A DNA stretch of 64,000 bases from Candidatus Bathyarchaeota archaeon (GTDB lineage Archaea; Thermoproteota; Bathyarchaeia; Bathyarchaeales; Bathycorpusculaceae): assembly GCA_963832745.1 (NCBI GenBank), contig CAWHVC010000004.1:192001-256000 (forward strand), given 5' to 3'. The translations under genes were made by a program, and so were the position numbers. Each line of letters opens with the position of its first letter. Positions within the stretch are counted from its first letter, which is position 1. The notes below the pieces were generated by a model. It worked only from the letters and a program-made list of their open reading frames with translations, was not told where the DNA came from and made no database searches. Positions 1-8,788 of this stretch are shown in pieces.

Positions 1-1270
1 AAGACTTGATGTTACAGGAAAAACATTGCTTGGTCTTGGCGAAATCGGGGAATACACGCCTGATCGGGTGCGTGAAGCGTTTGCAAAGTTGGGTTTAACC
101 GACAAAGCCCCGTCTCCAACTACTGTGGATTTGCCCCCAAGACCCCCAAATCTTTGCCCCGGCTGTACACACCGCGCCTTCTATTACGCCCTCAACTCAG
201 TCAATCAACATGTTGCTTGTGACAACACCAAATGCGTCGGCTGCGGCATCTGCGAATACATCTGCTCCTTTGAAAAAGAACAGGCCTTCAATCCCCTTAA
301 ATCAAGAATCCGTGCTATCCGCATTAACCAAATTAACAACACAGCAACAACCTGCAGAGCCTGCTTGGACGCTCCTTGCGTTGCTTCATGCCCCCATAAT
401 GCGCTTTCTAAATCAGTGAAAACCGGCACAATCCTTGTTGATGAAACCAAATGTACAGGTTGTGGCTGGTGTATTGAATCATGCCAATACGGCGCCGTAA
501 CTTTAGACCCAAGCAAAAGAAAAGCAATCATCTGCGACACCTGCCAAGGCGACCCAGCATGTGTAAAATACTGCCCCGAAAACGCCTTAACTTTGGTCGG
601 CAAATCAAACGACAAAATCGTAACAGGTGACATTGGCTGCTATACCCTTGGTGTTTTGCCGCCGTTAAGCACAGTTCAAACCTGTTTATGTATGGGCGGC
701 GGTATCTCGCAGGCTGCAGGGATGATTCATGCAGGCGTAAAAGACAAAGTCTTCGCTGTTCTTGGCGACTCCACGTTTTTCCACGCGGGCATGCCGGGAC
801 TGCTAAACATCGCTTATAACAAGGCTAACGTCTGCGTTATCGTTTCAGATAATCATATAGTTGCAATGACAGGACATCAGCCGACGCCGGCTTCAGGAAA
901 AACCGCTATGGGTGACGACGCCAAAATTGTAAGCATACAAGAAATCGCCAAAAGCGTCGGCATCGACAAAGTCATAACCGTTGACCCCTATGATGTTAAA
1001 GCCACAACAAAAGCTGTCCGAGAAATAATGACGTATGATGGCCCATCAGTAATTGTTTCCCAACGACCCTGCCCACTCCTAAGTGAACGTGGTGCACCCA
1101 GAGAAGTCACAGACAAATGTGGCGGCTGTGGCGTATGCACCACCAACTTTGGTTGCCCCGCAATCACCCAAAACGGTGACCGTGCAGAAATTGACCCAAC
1201 CCTATGCAACGGCTGTGGGGTATGCGAGTCAGTTTGTACTCATGAAGCTATACGGAGGAAGCCCCAGTGA
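1..1270 (+). CDS. iorA: Indolepyruvate:ferredoxin oxidoreductase alpha subunit, 5'-truncated by the window edge, with an inserted polyferredoxin domain
   Basis: RPPNLCPGCTHR, GDIGCYTLG, TPP motif GDSTFFHAG...DNHIVAMTGHQP, C-terminal 2x[4Fe-4S]; frame is open from the window start; followed by iorB. Confidence 0.93.
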   Translation, partial: RLDVTGKTLLGLGEIGEYTPDRVREAFAKLGLTDKAPSPTTVDLPPRPPNLCPGCTHRAFYYALNSVNQHVACDNTKCVGCGICEYICSFEKEQAFNPLKSRIRAIRINQINNTATTCRACLDAPCVASCPHNALSKSVKTGTILVDETKCTGCGWCIESCQYGAVTLDPSKRKAIICDTCQGDPACVKYCPENALTLVGKSNDKIVTGDIGCYTLGVLPPLSTVQTCLCMGGGISQAAGMIHAGVKDKVFAVLGDSTFFHAGMPGLLNIAYNKANVCVIVSDNHIVAMTGHQPTPASGKTAMGDDAKIVSIQEIAKSVGIDKVITVDPYDVKATTKAVREIMTYDGPSVIVSQRPCPLLSERGAPREVTDKCGGCGVCTTNFGCPAITQNGDRAEIDPTLCNGCGVCESVCTHEAIRRKPQ

Positions 1271-1854
1271 AGCTTGATGTTGTCTTTACAGGAGTCGGCG
1301 GTCAAGGCGTAGTGGTTTTAAGTGACATTTTCTGTGAAGCAGCCATGCTTGACGGTTTCGACGTGGCTAAAGCAGAGATTCACGGCATGGCACAACGTGG
1401 CGGCTCAATTGTAGCTTTTGCACGGATAGCTGAAAAAGTTGAAACTCCTCTTATTGAAACTGGCCAGGCAGATGCAGTTGTGGGTTTTGAAATTCTTGAA
1501 ACCGCACGGTCGCTGCCTATGCTAAAACCAGCCGGTACAGTAATCGTAAACACCAAATACATTGCGCCCAGCAGCTTTTCTAAAACAGTAAAACCGAAAA
1601 CAGCACAGGAACTGCTTGACTTAATCAAAAGCCACGCTCAAATGGTTCATGAAGTAGACGGGTCAGGCATCGCAAAACAAGTGGGAAACAACTTGGTCGT
1701 GAACACCGTTTTGCTTGGCGCATTGTCAGCGTTGCCCACCATGCCGATTAAACGTGAATCCTTTGAAACTGCAATGGCAGGACGGCTAAAAGAAAAGTAT
1801 CTCCAAGTTAACCTGAAAGCTTTTGAACTGGGCAGACAAAGGGTATTGAAGTGA
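1267..1854 (+). CDS. iorB: Indolepyruvate:ferredoxin oxidoreductase beta subunit
   Basis: GVGGQG and EIHGMAQRGGS motifs; GTGA overlap with the iorA stop. Confidence 0.93.
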   Translation: MKLDVVFTGVGGQGVVVLSDIFCEAAMLDGFDVAKAEIHGMAQRGGSIVAFARIAEKVETPLIETGQADAVVGFEILETARSLPMLKPAGTVIVNTKYIAPSSFSKTVKPKTAQELLDLIKSHAQMVHEVDGSGIAKQVGNNLVVNTVLLGALSALPTMPIKRESFETAMAGRLKEKYLQVNLKAFELGRQRVLK

Positions 1855-2228
1855 GCGTAATGAACGGTAAAGACCTCTTCGCTGAAACACTTGGCATCCA
1901 AATCATCGACGTTAAAGACGGCTACGCCAAAGTAGAAATGACCGTAAAGAAAACTCACACAAACGCTTTAGGCTTCACACATGGCGGCGCAATCTTTTCA
2001 CTTGCCGATTACGCTTTCGCAGAAGCTTGCAACTTTGGAGACAACATAGCGGTTGCGCTTCAGGTAAGCATCAATTTCTTGCGTCCAACTGTGGAAGGCG
2101 ATGTTTTGATTGCGGAGGCGTCAAGGGTTTCGGACGGTAAAACAACTGGCCTGTACAATGTAATTGTTAAGTGTGGAGAAAAAACGGTTGCTTTCTTTTC
2201 TGGTGTAGCATACAAAAAGTCTGCTTAG
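1851..2228 (+). CDS. paaI: PaaI-family hotdog-fold acyl-CoA thioesterase
   Basis: NALGFTHGGAIFSLAD motif; coupled to iorB (aryl-acyl-CoA context). Confidence 0.85.
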   Translation: MSVMNGKDLFAETLGIQIIDVKDGYAKVEMTVKKTHTNALGFTHGGAIFSLADYAFAEACNFGDNIAVALQVSINFLRPTVEGDVLIAEASRVSDGKTTGLYNVIVKCGEKTVAFFSGVAYKKSA

Positions 2229-2311
2229 CCGGCAAGCGGTTGCGTGTTTTACCCACAAAAGTAATTAAGCCGCCGCAAATATTTTTATTTAACTTATACG
2301 CAGTTTGCGAT

Positions 2312-2387
2312 GCTGGGGTGGCCGAATCGCTGAGGCGGTAGCCTGCAGAGCTGCTTTATATGGGTTCAATTCCCATCCCCAGCTCCA
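2312..2387 (+). tRNA. tRNA-Cys(GCA), intronless, CCA encoded
   Basis: Acceptor stem GCTGGGG/CCCCAGC; anticodon arm GTAGC-CTGCAGA-GCTGC (GCA at 2345-2347); T arm ATGGG-TTCAATT-CCCAT; U73 discriminator then CCA; AT-rich TATA-like element about 25 nt upstream. Confidence 0.95.
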
Positions 2388-2452
2388 ATCGTAAATTATT
2401 CTGAATAATCGATAAAACAAAAAGAAGAGACGTTGAATCTTCAAAATAAGAC

Positions 2453-2680
2453 TTAGCTTTGTCCAGTGACTTTTATGGCGTTTACAGGGCAAGACTCTTC
2501 GGCTTCTTGAGCATCCTCTACTTTGTCATCATCGAAACTTCCTTCAGATTTCCCATTGGTCGTTCCATTGATTACTTTCGATTTTCGGGTTTCATCAGGT
2601 TCAAAATGGGCTGGATCCACAAGGTAACAGGTTCCGCATGCAATGCATTTTTCTCTATCAACTTCAATTTTGTAATTCAA
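2453..2680 (-). CDS. Monocluster ferredoxin
   Basis: CIACGTC ... CPVNAI; 75 aa, acidic. Confidence 0.88.
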   Translation of the reverse strand: MNYKIEVDREKCIACGTCYLVDPAHFEPDETRKSKVINGTTNGKSEGSFDDDKVEDAQEAEESCPVNAIKVTGQS

Positions 2681-2767
2681 CAGGCATTCCTACTATAGAT
2701 TGATATCTTGCTAACATGTAATTATAACTTACATAGCAAGGGTTCATTTAACTAAAAACTTAGGCAA

Positions 2768-3182
2768 ATGAATAACGTGCCAAGTGGTAATGTGAATAAA
2801 GATGAGCTTCCTTCAGCGCTTATCGATGCGAGAATTCAGGGAACTAGGCGACTGGCGTGGAGAAACGTTAGCCAAAGCGCGTCAACTTATAATGGAGGCA
2901 GACCCCACAGTAGTTGAAGAATGGAAGTGGGCAAAGTCAACAAACCCTGGGATTCCAGTTTGGTCCCATAACGGTGGCATTTGCACATGGGAGACTTACA
3001 AGAGCGTTGTCAAGCTCACTTTCTTCAAGGGTGCTTCGCTGGAGGACCCCTTCCACCTTTTCAATCAGCCGGGGACTGTTAGACGCGCCATCGACATCCA
3101 TGAAGGCGAGAAGATTGACGAGGAAGCCTTCAAGAATCTAATTCATGCCGCTGTGAAATTGAACACTTCCAAATCTCGCTGA
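2768..3182 (+). pseudogene. DUF1801/YdhG-like protein with a +1 frameshift near 2838-2841 (pseudogene or sequencing error)
   Basis: ATG 2768 frame reads ...PSALIDARIQ; the next frame continues ELGDWRGETLAKARQLIMEADPTVVEEWKW; removing one G from CAGGGAACTA joins them. Confidence 0.7.
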
Positions 3183-3214
3183 AACCTTTTTTCATCTATT
3201 TGATAAGCATTAAC

Positions 3215-4657
3215 CTAATGTTGTTCTTTTGACGTTTCTACTTTACTTGGGCTTGATTTAGCTCCTAAAATTGCAAAGGGAATTGCGAATATGTTGATTA
3301 TCATCATGGCAAAATAGGTTGATTGCAAACCGTTGAGAAATAGAAGTTTGTTTGCAGCAGAAATGGTAGCAGGGTTTGCGGTTCCGATTATGTTTGTTAT
3401 TATTTCGTAGGGAACGGTAAAAGACATGAAAAGTATTGCCAAATTTAAGCTCAAGGTTAAGCCGATATTGAACATCAAGACGAATACTGCTGAGCCTATT
3501 CCACGCCTGTTTGCTGGAAGAGAACCCATCACAGCTTTCATGTTAGGCGCTAAAAACAATCCTATGCCTACCCCAAAAAGTATCATGTAAATGGCATGCG
3601 CGATGTACGGTGTAGTTATGTTTGCGGTTGAAAACAAGTACAATGCTATTGTTGCCACTATTAAGCCCGAGAGAGTAAACCATTTATGACCATACTTGTC
3701 GGATAATCTGCCGCTTAATGGTCCAACTGCCAAAAATGCCACCTCAAAGGGCAGTATTCGTAAGCCTGCTGAAAGGGGTGATTCGTTGTTGATAAGCTGA
3801 AATTGCAGGCTTAAAAGCAGTAATACTGTTGCTAAAGTGATAATGTTAAAGAACCGAGCAAAAGACCCGCCTACGAACTCTTTTATTTTGAACAAATTTA
3901 AATCTACAAGCGGTTGCCTGGTTCGTCTTTCCCATAGGCCAAACAGGAGCAAGAAAACTCCAGAAACCGGCAATAAAACATAGACGATTTCTAACATGCT
4001 TGAGCCGTATGTTGCAAAAGTTAACCCCAACATTAAACTCAGCAGAAAGACAGTAAATAGTACAAAGCCAATCCAGTCTACTTTGGCATTTTTTTCGAGT
4101 TCACCAATTTCTTTGAGAGACCTATGAGCCCAGTAAGTACCAAAAATCCCTATGGGTATATTAATTAAAAATAGCGCCTGCCAAGCAAAAAAGGACAAAA
4201 TTAATCCGCTCAAAACTAAGCCCAGAATGGCTCCTGCTCTGAAAGAAATCTGGTTAATGCCCACTGCAAAGCCGAGTTGGTTTTTTGGGGTTGCGTCTGT
4301 CACTATAGTAAGGGCGTTTGCTAAAATCATTGATGCACCGAACCCTTCTACACCTCTGAAAATAATGACTTCTAAAGGAGTAGTGCCGGCAGCAATCAAC
4401 CCTGAGCCTATAGTGAATATGGCAAAGCCGTAAACAAAGAGTCTTACCCGCCCTATAATGTCTACTAACCTTCCGATTAACACTAGCATTATGGTAGTGG
4501 CTAAAACGTAGGATTGAGTAATCCAAATGGCTTGCACAGCGTTGGCATGTAACTGCTCAGCAACTTGAGGCAAACCCACAATAACTATTCGAAGATCGAT
4601 GCCCACCATCAAAACTCCGATGGTAGTTACCGTCAATGCGATCCATTTATACTGCAA
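3215..4657 (-). CDS. MFS transporter, 14-TM DHA2/EmrB-like
   Basis: GRLVDIIGR motif A, WQALFLINIPIG, GRLSDKYG; many TM segments. Confidence 0.9.
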   Translation of the reverse strand: MQYKWIALTVTTIGVLMVGIDLRIVIVGLPQVAEQLHANAVQAIWITQSYVLATTIMLVLIGRLVDIIGRVRLFVYGFAIFTIGSGLIAAGTTPLEVIIFRGVEGFGASMILANALTIVTDATPKNQLGFAVGINQISFRAGAILGLVLSGLILSFFAWQALFLINIPIGIFGTYWAHRSLKEIGELEKNAKVDWIGFVLFTVFLLSLMLGLTFATYGSSMLEIVYVLLPVSGVFLLLFGLWERRTRQPLVDLNLFKIKEFVGGSFARFFNIITLATVLLLLSLQFQLINNESPLSAGLRILPFEVAFLAVGPLSGRLSDKYGHKWFTLSGLIVATIALYLFSTANITTPYIAHAIYMILFGVGIGLFLAPNMKAVMGSLPANRRGIGSAVFVLMFNIGLTLSLNLAILFMSFTVPYEIITNIIGTANPATISAANKLLFLNGLQSTYFAMMIINIFAIPFAILGAKSSPSKVETSKEQH

Positions 4658-4935
4658 CGCGTCAACTCCACGTCAAAAAAAGGATATCCAGTTTTTTGAT
4701 AATCCCAAAAGAAGATAATTGAGCGTGTTTATTTCTGTGTTTGCTTGGCTAATAAATTATGTTAAATAAAACGGTTTTCTGCAGTTACACTTAGGGGCAA
4801 AATGTTAATTTACTTTCCGTTCGACTGGCAATATTTCTGTATTTTAGAACGGTTTTAAGTATTATATAAGAGAAAAACAATAGATAGACCCTTGGTCTAG
4901 CAAGTTAGATAGCCTATAATTTATGGGTGCTAAAC

Positions 4936-6531
4936 ATGAACGCTGATGGCAAAAGATTCCGAGATGCAATAATCGAGTTTTTACCTGATGCCACGTTTGT
5001 CATCGATTTGGACGGTAAAGTCATTGCTTGGAACAGCGCTATGGAAATGCTAACCAGCATTCCCCGAAGCGACATGCTTGGAAAAAGCAATTACGAATAT
5101 GCCCTTCCATTCTACAAAGAACGCAGACCCATGCTGGCAAACCTAATTTTCTTGCCTCAAGTTGACTTTGAAACGAAATATGACTCTATAGAAAGAATCG
5201 GCGACGCGCTTGTTGTAGAAATTTATTTACCCGATTTTAGACCAGGCGGCGTATACCTCTGGGCTAAAGCCAGTCCACTCTATGATTCACAGGGCGAAAT
5301 CGTCGGTGCCATCGAAACAATCAGAGACATAACAGACCGGAAACGAGCAGAAGAAGAAATTATTCGATCACGCCGCAGTCTTGCAGACATTCTCAGCTTC
5401 CTTCCCGATGCCACGTTTGTCATCGATTTGGACGGTAAGGTCATTGCTTGGAACAGCGCCATGGAAATGTTAACCAGTATACCTGCAGACTCCATGCTTG
5501 GAAAAGGTGACTATGAGTACGCAATCCCATTCTATAAGAAGCGGCGACCAATGTTGGCGGACCTAGTTTTCATGCCTGAAACAGAATTAAAAGAGAAATA
5601 TAACAATGTTGAACGCAACATGGACACTCTTGTTGTCGATGTTTTTATTCCAGATTTTCGGGTGGGCGGTGCCTACTTCTGGGCTAAGGCAAGTCCCTTG
5701 TATGACCCTAACAGTGGAAATGTAGTGGGCGCAATTGAAACAATCCGGGACATAACCGAACGCCGAGAACTTGAAGGACGGCTTGCCCGTTCAAATGCCG
5801 AGCTACAGATTGCTGCAGAAATACAGAAAAGCTTTCTACCCGAGGCGATTCCTCAAATTCCAGGTTTTGATGTCGCAGCCCGCACCGTTATGGCAAAGGA
5901 AGTTGGAGGAGACTTCTTTGACGTAATCCCATATGAAGTTATGACTCTTGATAAGGGCATGCATGGCATGCTCGTCGCGGATGTATCGGGAAAAGGTGTT
6001 CCAGCAGCCCTCTTTATGGCGTTGTCAAGGATTGTTGTTCGAGTGAACGCTCTTTGGCATCATGACCCCGCGAAAGTAATTTACAGTTCCAACAACACCA
6101 TAACCCAAGATTCAAAATCCGGCATGTTCGTAACCCTCTTTTTCGGACTGCTAAACGAGACAAACCGGTCCCTTACCTATGTTAACGCTGGACACAACCC
6201 GCCGCTAGTATTCCGGAGCCATGATGGGTCAGTTGAGAAGCTCATGCCTACAGGAATCGTGCTTGGGGCAGTCGAGAATTTGGAGTATAAGTCCAGAAGC
6301 GTAAAGATTGCGGAAGGCGACGTTGTTGTCATGTTTACCGATGGCGTTACGGAATCAATCAATTCGCAGAGTGAACTGTTTGGAGAAAAGCGGCTTATAG
6401 CGGTTATTCAGAAAAACGCTGGCCTTTCGGCTCAGGGGATTCTTGAGCAGATTTTGGTTGAAGTAAACGCGTTTGCGGGAGATATGCCGCAGGCAGATGA
6501 TATCACGTTACTTATTATCAAGGGGACCTGA
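4936..6531 (+). CDS. PAS-PAS SpoIIE/RsbU-type PP2C serine phosphatase
   Basis: Two PAS repeats, coiled linker, then EVGGDFFD, ADVSGKGVPAALFM, NAGHNPP, FTDGVTE and DDIT motifs. Confidence 0.92.
   Translation: MNADGKRFRDAIIEFLPDATFVIDLDGKVIAWNSAMEMLTSIPRSDMLGKSNYEYALPFYKERRPMLANLIFLPQVDFETKYDSIERIGDALVVEIYLPDFRPGGVYLWAKASPLYDSQGEIVGAIETIRDITDRKRAEEEIIRSRRSLADILSFLPDATFVIDLDGKVIAWNSAMEMLTSIPADSMLGKGDYEYAIPFYKKRRPMLADLVFMPETELKEKYNNVERNMDTLVVDVFIPDFRVGGAYFWAKASPLYDPNSGNVVGAIETIRDITERRELEGRLARSNAELQIAAEIQKSFLPEAIPQIPGFDVAARTVMAKEVGGDFFDVIPYEVMTLDKGMHGMLVADVSGKGVPAALFMALSRIVVRVNALWHHDPAKVIYSSNNTITQDSKSGMFVTLFFGLLNETNRSLTYVNAGHNPPLVFRSHDGSVEKLMPTGIVLGAVENLEYKSRSVKIAEGDVVVMFTDGVTESINSQSELFGEKRLIAVIQKNAGLSAQGILEQILVEVNAFAGDMPQADDITLLIIKGT
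4984..5480 (+). repeat. Intragenic tandem PAS duplication (unit about 420 nt); about 75-nt near-identical cores at 4984-5060 and 5404-5480
   Basis: gatgccacgtttgtcatcgatttggacggtaa(a/g)gtcattgcttggaacagcgc(t/c)atggaaatg occurs twice, 420 nt apart. Confidence 0.9.
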
Positions 6532-6579
6532 GCCTGTTATGTCAGAAGAAAACCCTAAAAACCCTGGAAGGAGACAACC

Positions 6580-7005
6580 GTGAAAAGCTTTGAGCTTACC
6601 GTGGAGAGCAGGCTGGAAAGTCTTCCTAAGATAAGCGCGTTTATTGATGAAGCAATGCAGCACTATAACGTACAAAACGTAAAAGAAGTGTATGCAGTCC
6701 AGTTGTCGGTTGATGAAGCCTGCACTAACATAATTAAACATGCATACGCGAACAAAAGCGATGGAAAAATTGTTATTCGCTGCACGCTGTGTAAGGCACC
6801 TGACAAGTTTGTAGTGGAAATAATGGATTGGGGTTGCCCTTTTGACCCAACAACTCTGCCGACGCCTAATACGAAAAGCGGTTTGGATGAACGAAAGGAA
6901 GGCGGTTTGGGCATCTTTTTTATAAGAAAATTCATGGATGAAGTTAGCTATCGTAGAAGTGGCGATATGAATTTATTAACAATCGCCAAGTATATAAAAA
7001 AATAA
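6580..7005 (+). CDS. RsbW/SpoIIAB-like anti-sigma-type serine kinase (HATPase_c_2)
   Basis: LSVDEACTNIIKHAY (N box), DWGCPFDP (G1), GGLGIFFIRKFMDEV (G2). Confidence 0.9.
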   Translation: MKSFELTVESRLESLPKISAFIDEAMQHYNVQNVKEVYAVQLSVDEACTNIIKHAYANKSDGKIVIRCTLCKAPDKFVVEIMDWGCPFDPTTLPTPNTKSGLDERKEGGLGIFFIRKFMDEVSYRRSGDMNLLTIAKYIKK

Positions 7006-7023
7006 TTACTGGAGAAAGAATAC

Positions 7024-7359
7024 ATGGAAACAAGGACAGAAGGAAATACAACCATCGTAGTAATGGTTCCCAGATTCGACGCTTATACTGCCAATGACGT
7101 TGATACAGCATTAAAAGAGTTACTTGCGAAGGGCACCAAAAAAATAATCTGTGATTTCTCCCAAACCGATTATGTAGCCAGTGCTGGCCTTAGGGTTCTT
7201 TTGTCTTCAGCTAAAACCCTGCAAAGGCAAGGCGGCCAAATTGTTTTATGCTCAATGAAACCTTACGTTCATGAAGTTTTTGAAATATCTGGGTTTACTC
7301 AGATTTTCAAAGTTTTTGAATCTAAAGAAGAAGCCTCTAAAAGCCTCAACCAACCATAA
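7024..7359 (+). CDS. STAS-domain anti-anti-sigma factor (RsbV/SpoIIAA-like)
   Basis: DFSQTDYVASAGLRVL carrying the phosphoacceptor Ser; VFEISGF. Confidence 0.9.
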   Translation: METRTEGNTTIVVMVPRFDAYTANDVDTALKELLAKGTKKIICDFSQTDYVASAGLRVLLSSAKTLQRQGGQIVLCSMKPYVHEVFEISGFTQIFKVFESKEEASKSLNQP

Positions 7360-7380
7360 AGAGGAGAAGCAAGCAGTTAA

Positions 7381-8607
7381 ATGTCAACTATAAAGTCTGA
7401 AGCAGAACGATGCCTAAAATGCAAAGTGCCCAGCTGTTCCAAGGGTTGTCCTGTTGGAACTCCTATCCCTCAGGTTACGACAAAGTTCTTGGAAGGCAAA
7501 TTGGAAGAAGCAGGCAGGCTGCTTTTCAACAACAACCCCCTATCCGCCATAACCTCAATCGTTTGTCCGCATGACAGAAACTGCAAGGGTCACTGCATAC
7601 TAAACAAGAAAGGTCAACCGGTTGAATTCTATAAAATAGAGCAATACATCTCACGTTTCTATTTGGAAACCTTCCAGCCACCGCAGGTTGAGAGAAACGG
7701 CAAAAAAGTAGCAGTTGTAGGCGCTGGCCCAGCTGGAATAACAGCGAGCATAATTTTAGCGAAAAAGGGTTATTCAATCACTTTATTTGAGGAAATGGAC
7801 AGCATCGGTGGAGCCATGCGTTATGGCATTCCAGAGTTTAGGCTACCTAGAAGCATCTTTGAGTTTTACAGAAAAATTCTTGACTCTTTAAATGTTAAAT
7901 TCCGTCCCAACACCCAGATAGGCACCAATTTTAGCGCTGAAGACATGTTTCTTGATGGTTATGACGCTGTCCTTATTTGCACGGGCACAAACCGACCGAA
8001 CCGTTTCGGTCTTTTAGGTGAAACTTTAGGGCACGTGCATTTTGCTGTTGACTACTTGAGGTCTCCTGACGTCTATAAGCTGGGAAAGAACCTTGTGATT
8101 CTTGGAGCAGGAAACGTGGCTATGGATGCCGCAAGAACCGCCATCAGAAAGCAACACGTCGACGTTACCATTCTCAATTACAGGGCACCAGAGGATGTAA
8201 CGGCAGATAAAGCGGAAGTGGAAATGGCAATGATTGACGGCGTAAAACTGCTTCATAACTGCCAAGTCGTCCGTATCATGGATAATTCTGTCAAGTGCGT
8301 AAAAGTTGATAAAATCATCGCTGAAGACGGTTCAGTGAGTATAAAAGAGGATTTTAAATCTGCGTTTGAATTACCTGCTGAAGCTGTAATTATTGCGATC
8401 GGTCAAGGTCCCGGTTCAGACGTAGTAAGCGTCGGAGGCGCCAAAGTCACACAGAAAGGACTTTTACAGGCGGACGAGTTTGGTCAAACGTCACAAGAAG
8501 GAGTATTCGCTGCAGGAGACGTCGTTACTGGCCCTAGAACGGTAATCGAAGCCATTGCGTCCGCAAAAAAAGCATCAGAAAAAATTGAAGAATACTGTAG
8601 CAAATAA
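7381..8607 (+). CDS. GltD/SudA-like FAD/NAD(P)-dependent Fe-S oxidoreductase
   Basis: EAERCLKCKVPSCSKGCP, VCPHDRNC, GAGPAG, RYGIPEFRLP, GAGNVAMD, FAAGDVVTGP. Confidence 0.88.
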   Translation: MSTIKSEAERCLKCKVPSCSKGCPVGTPIPQVTTKFLEGKLEEAGRLLFNNNPLSAITSIVCPHDRNCKGHCILNKKGQPVEFYKIEQYISRFYLETFQPPQVERNGKKVAVVGAGPAGITASIILAKKGYSITLFEEMDSIGGAMRYGIPEFRLPRSIFEFYRKILDSLNVKFRPNTQIGTNFSAEDMFLDGYDAVLICTGTNRPNRFGLLGETLGHVHFAVDYLRSPDVYKLGKNLVILGAGNVAMDAARTAIRKQHVDVTILNYRAPEDVTADKAEVEMAMIDGVKLLHNCQVVRIMDNSVKCVKVDKIIAEDGSVSIKEDFKSAFELPAEAVIIAIGQGPGSDVVSVGGAKVTQKGLLQADEFGQTSQEGVFAAGDVVTGPRTVIEAIASAKKASEKIEEYCSK

Positions 8608-8788
8608 TTATATTCAATTAGTCGACCAGCAACTAATCTTCAAAATAAGCGTGGATAATGCTCATTTTTCCTCTAGCTTCAATCGTTACCTTTTGTTTCT
8701 TTTTTATTGTCAGGCATTAAATCGGTTAGCTGATTGACCAAAATCTTAATACAAATTAACATGTCTTTTTATCCGACTGGAATTTAAC

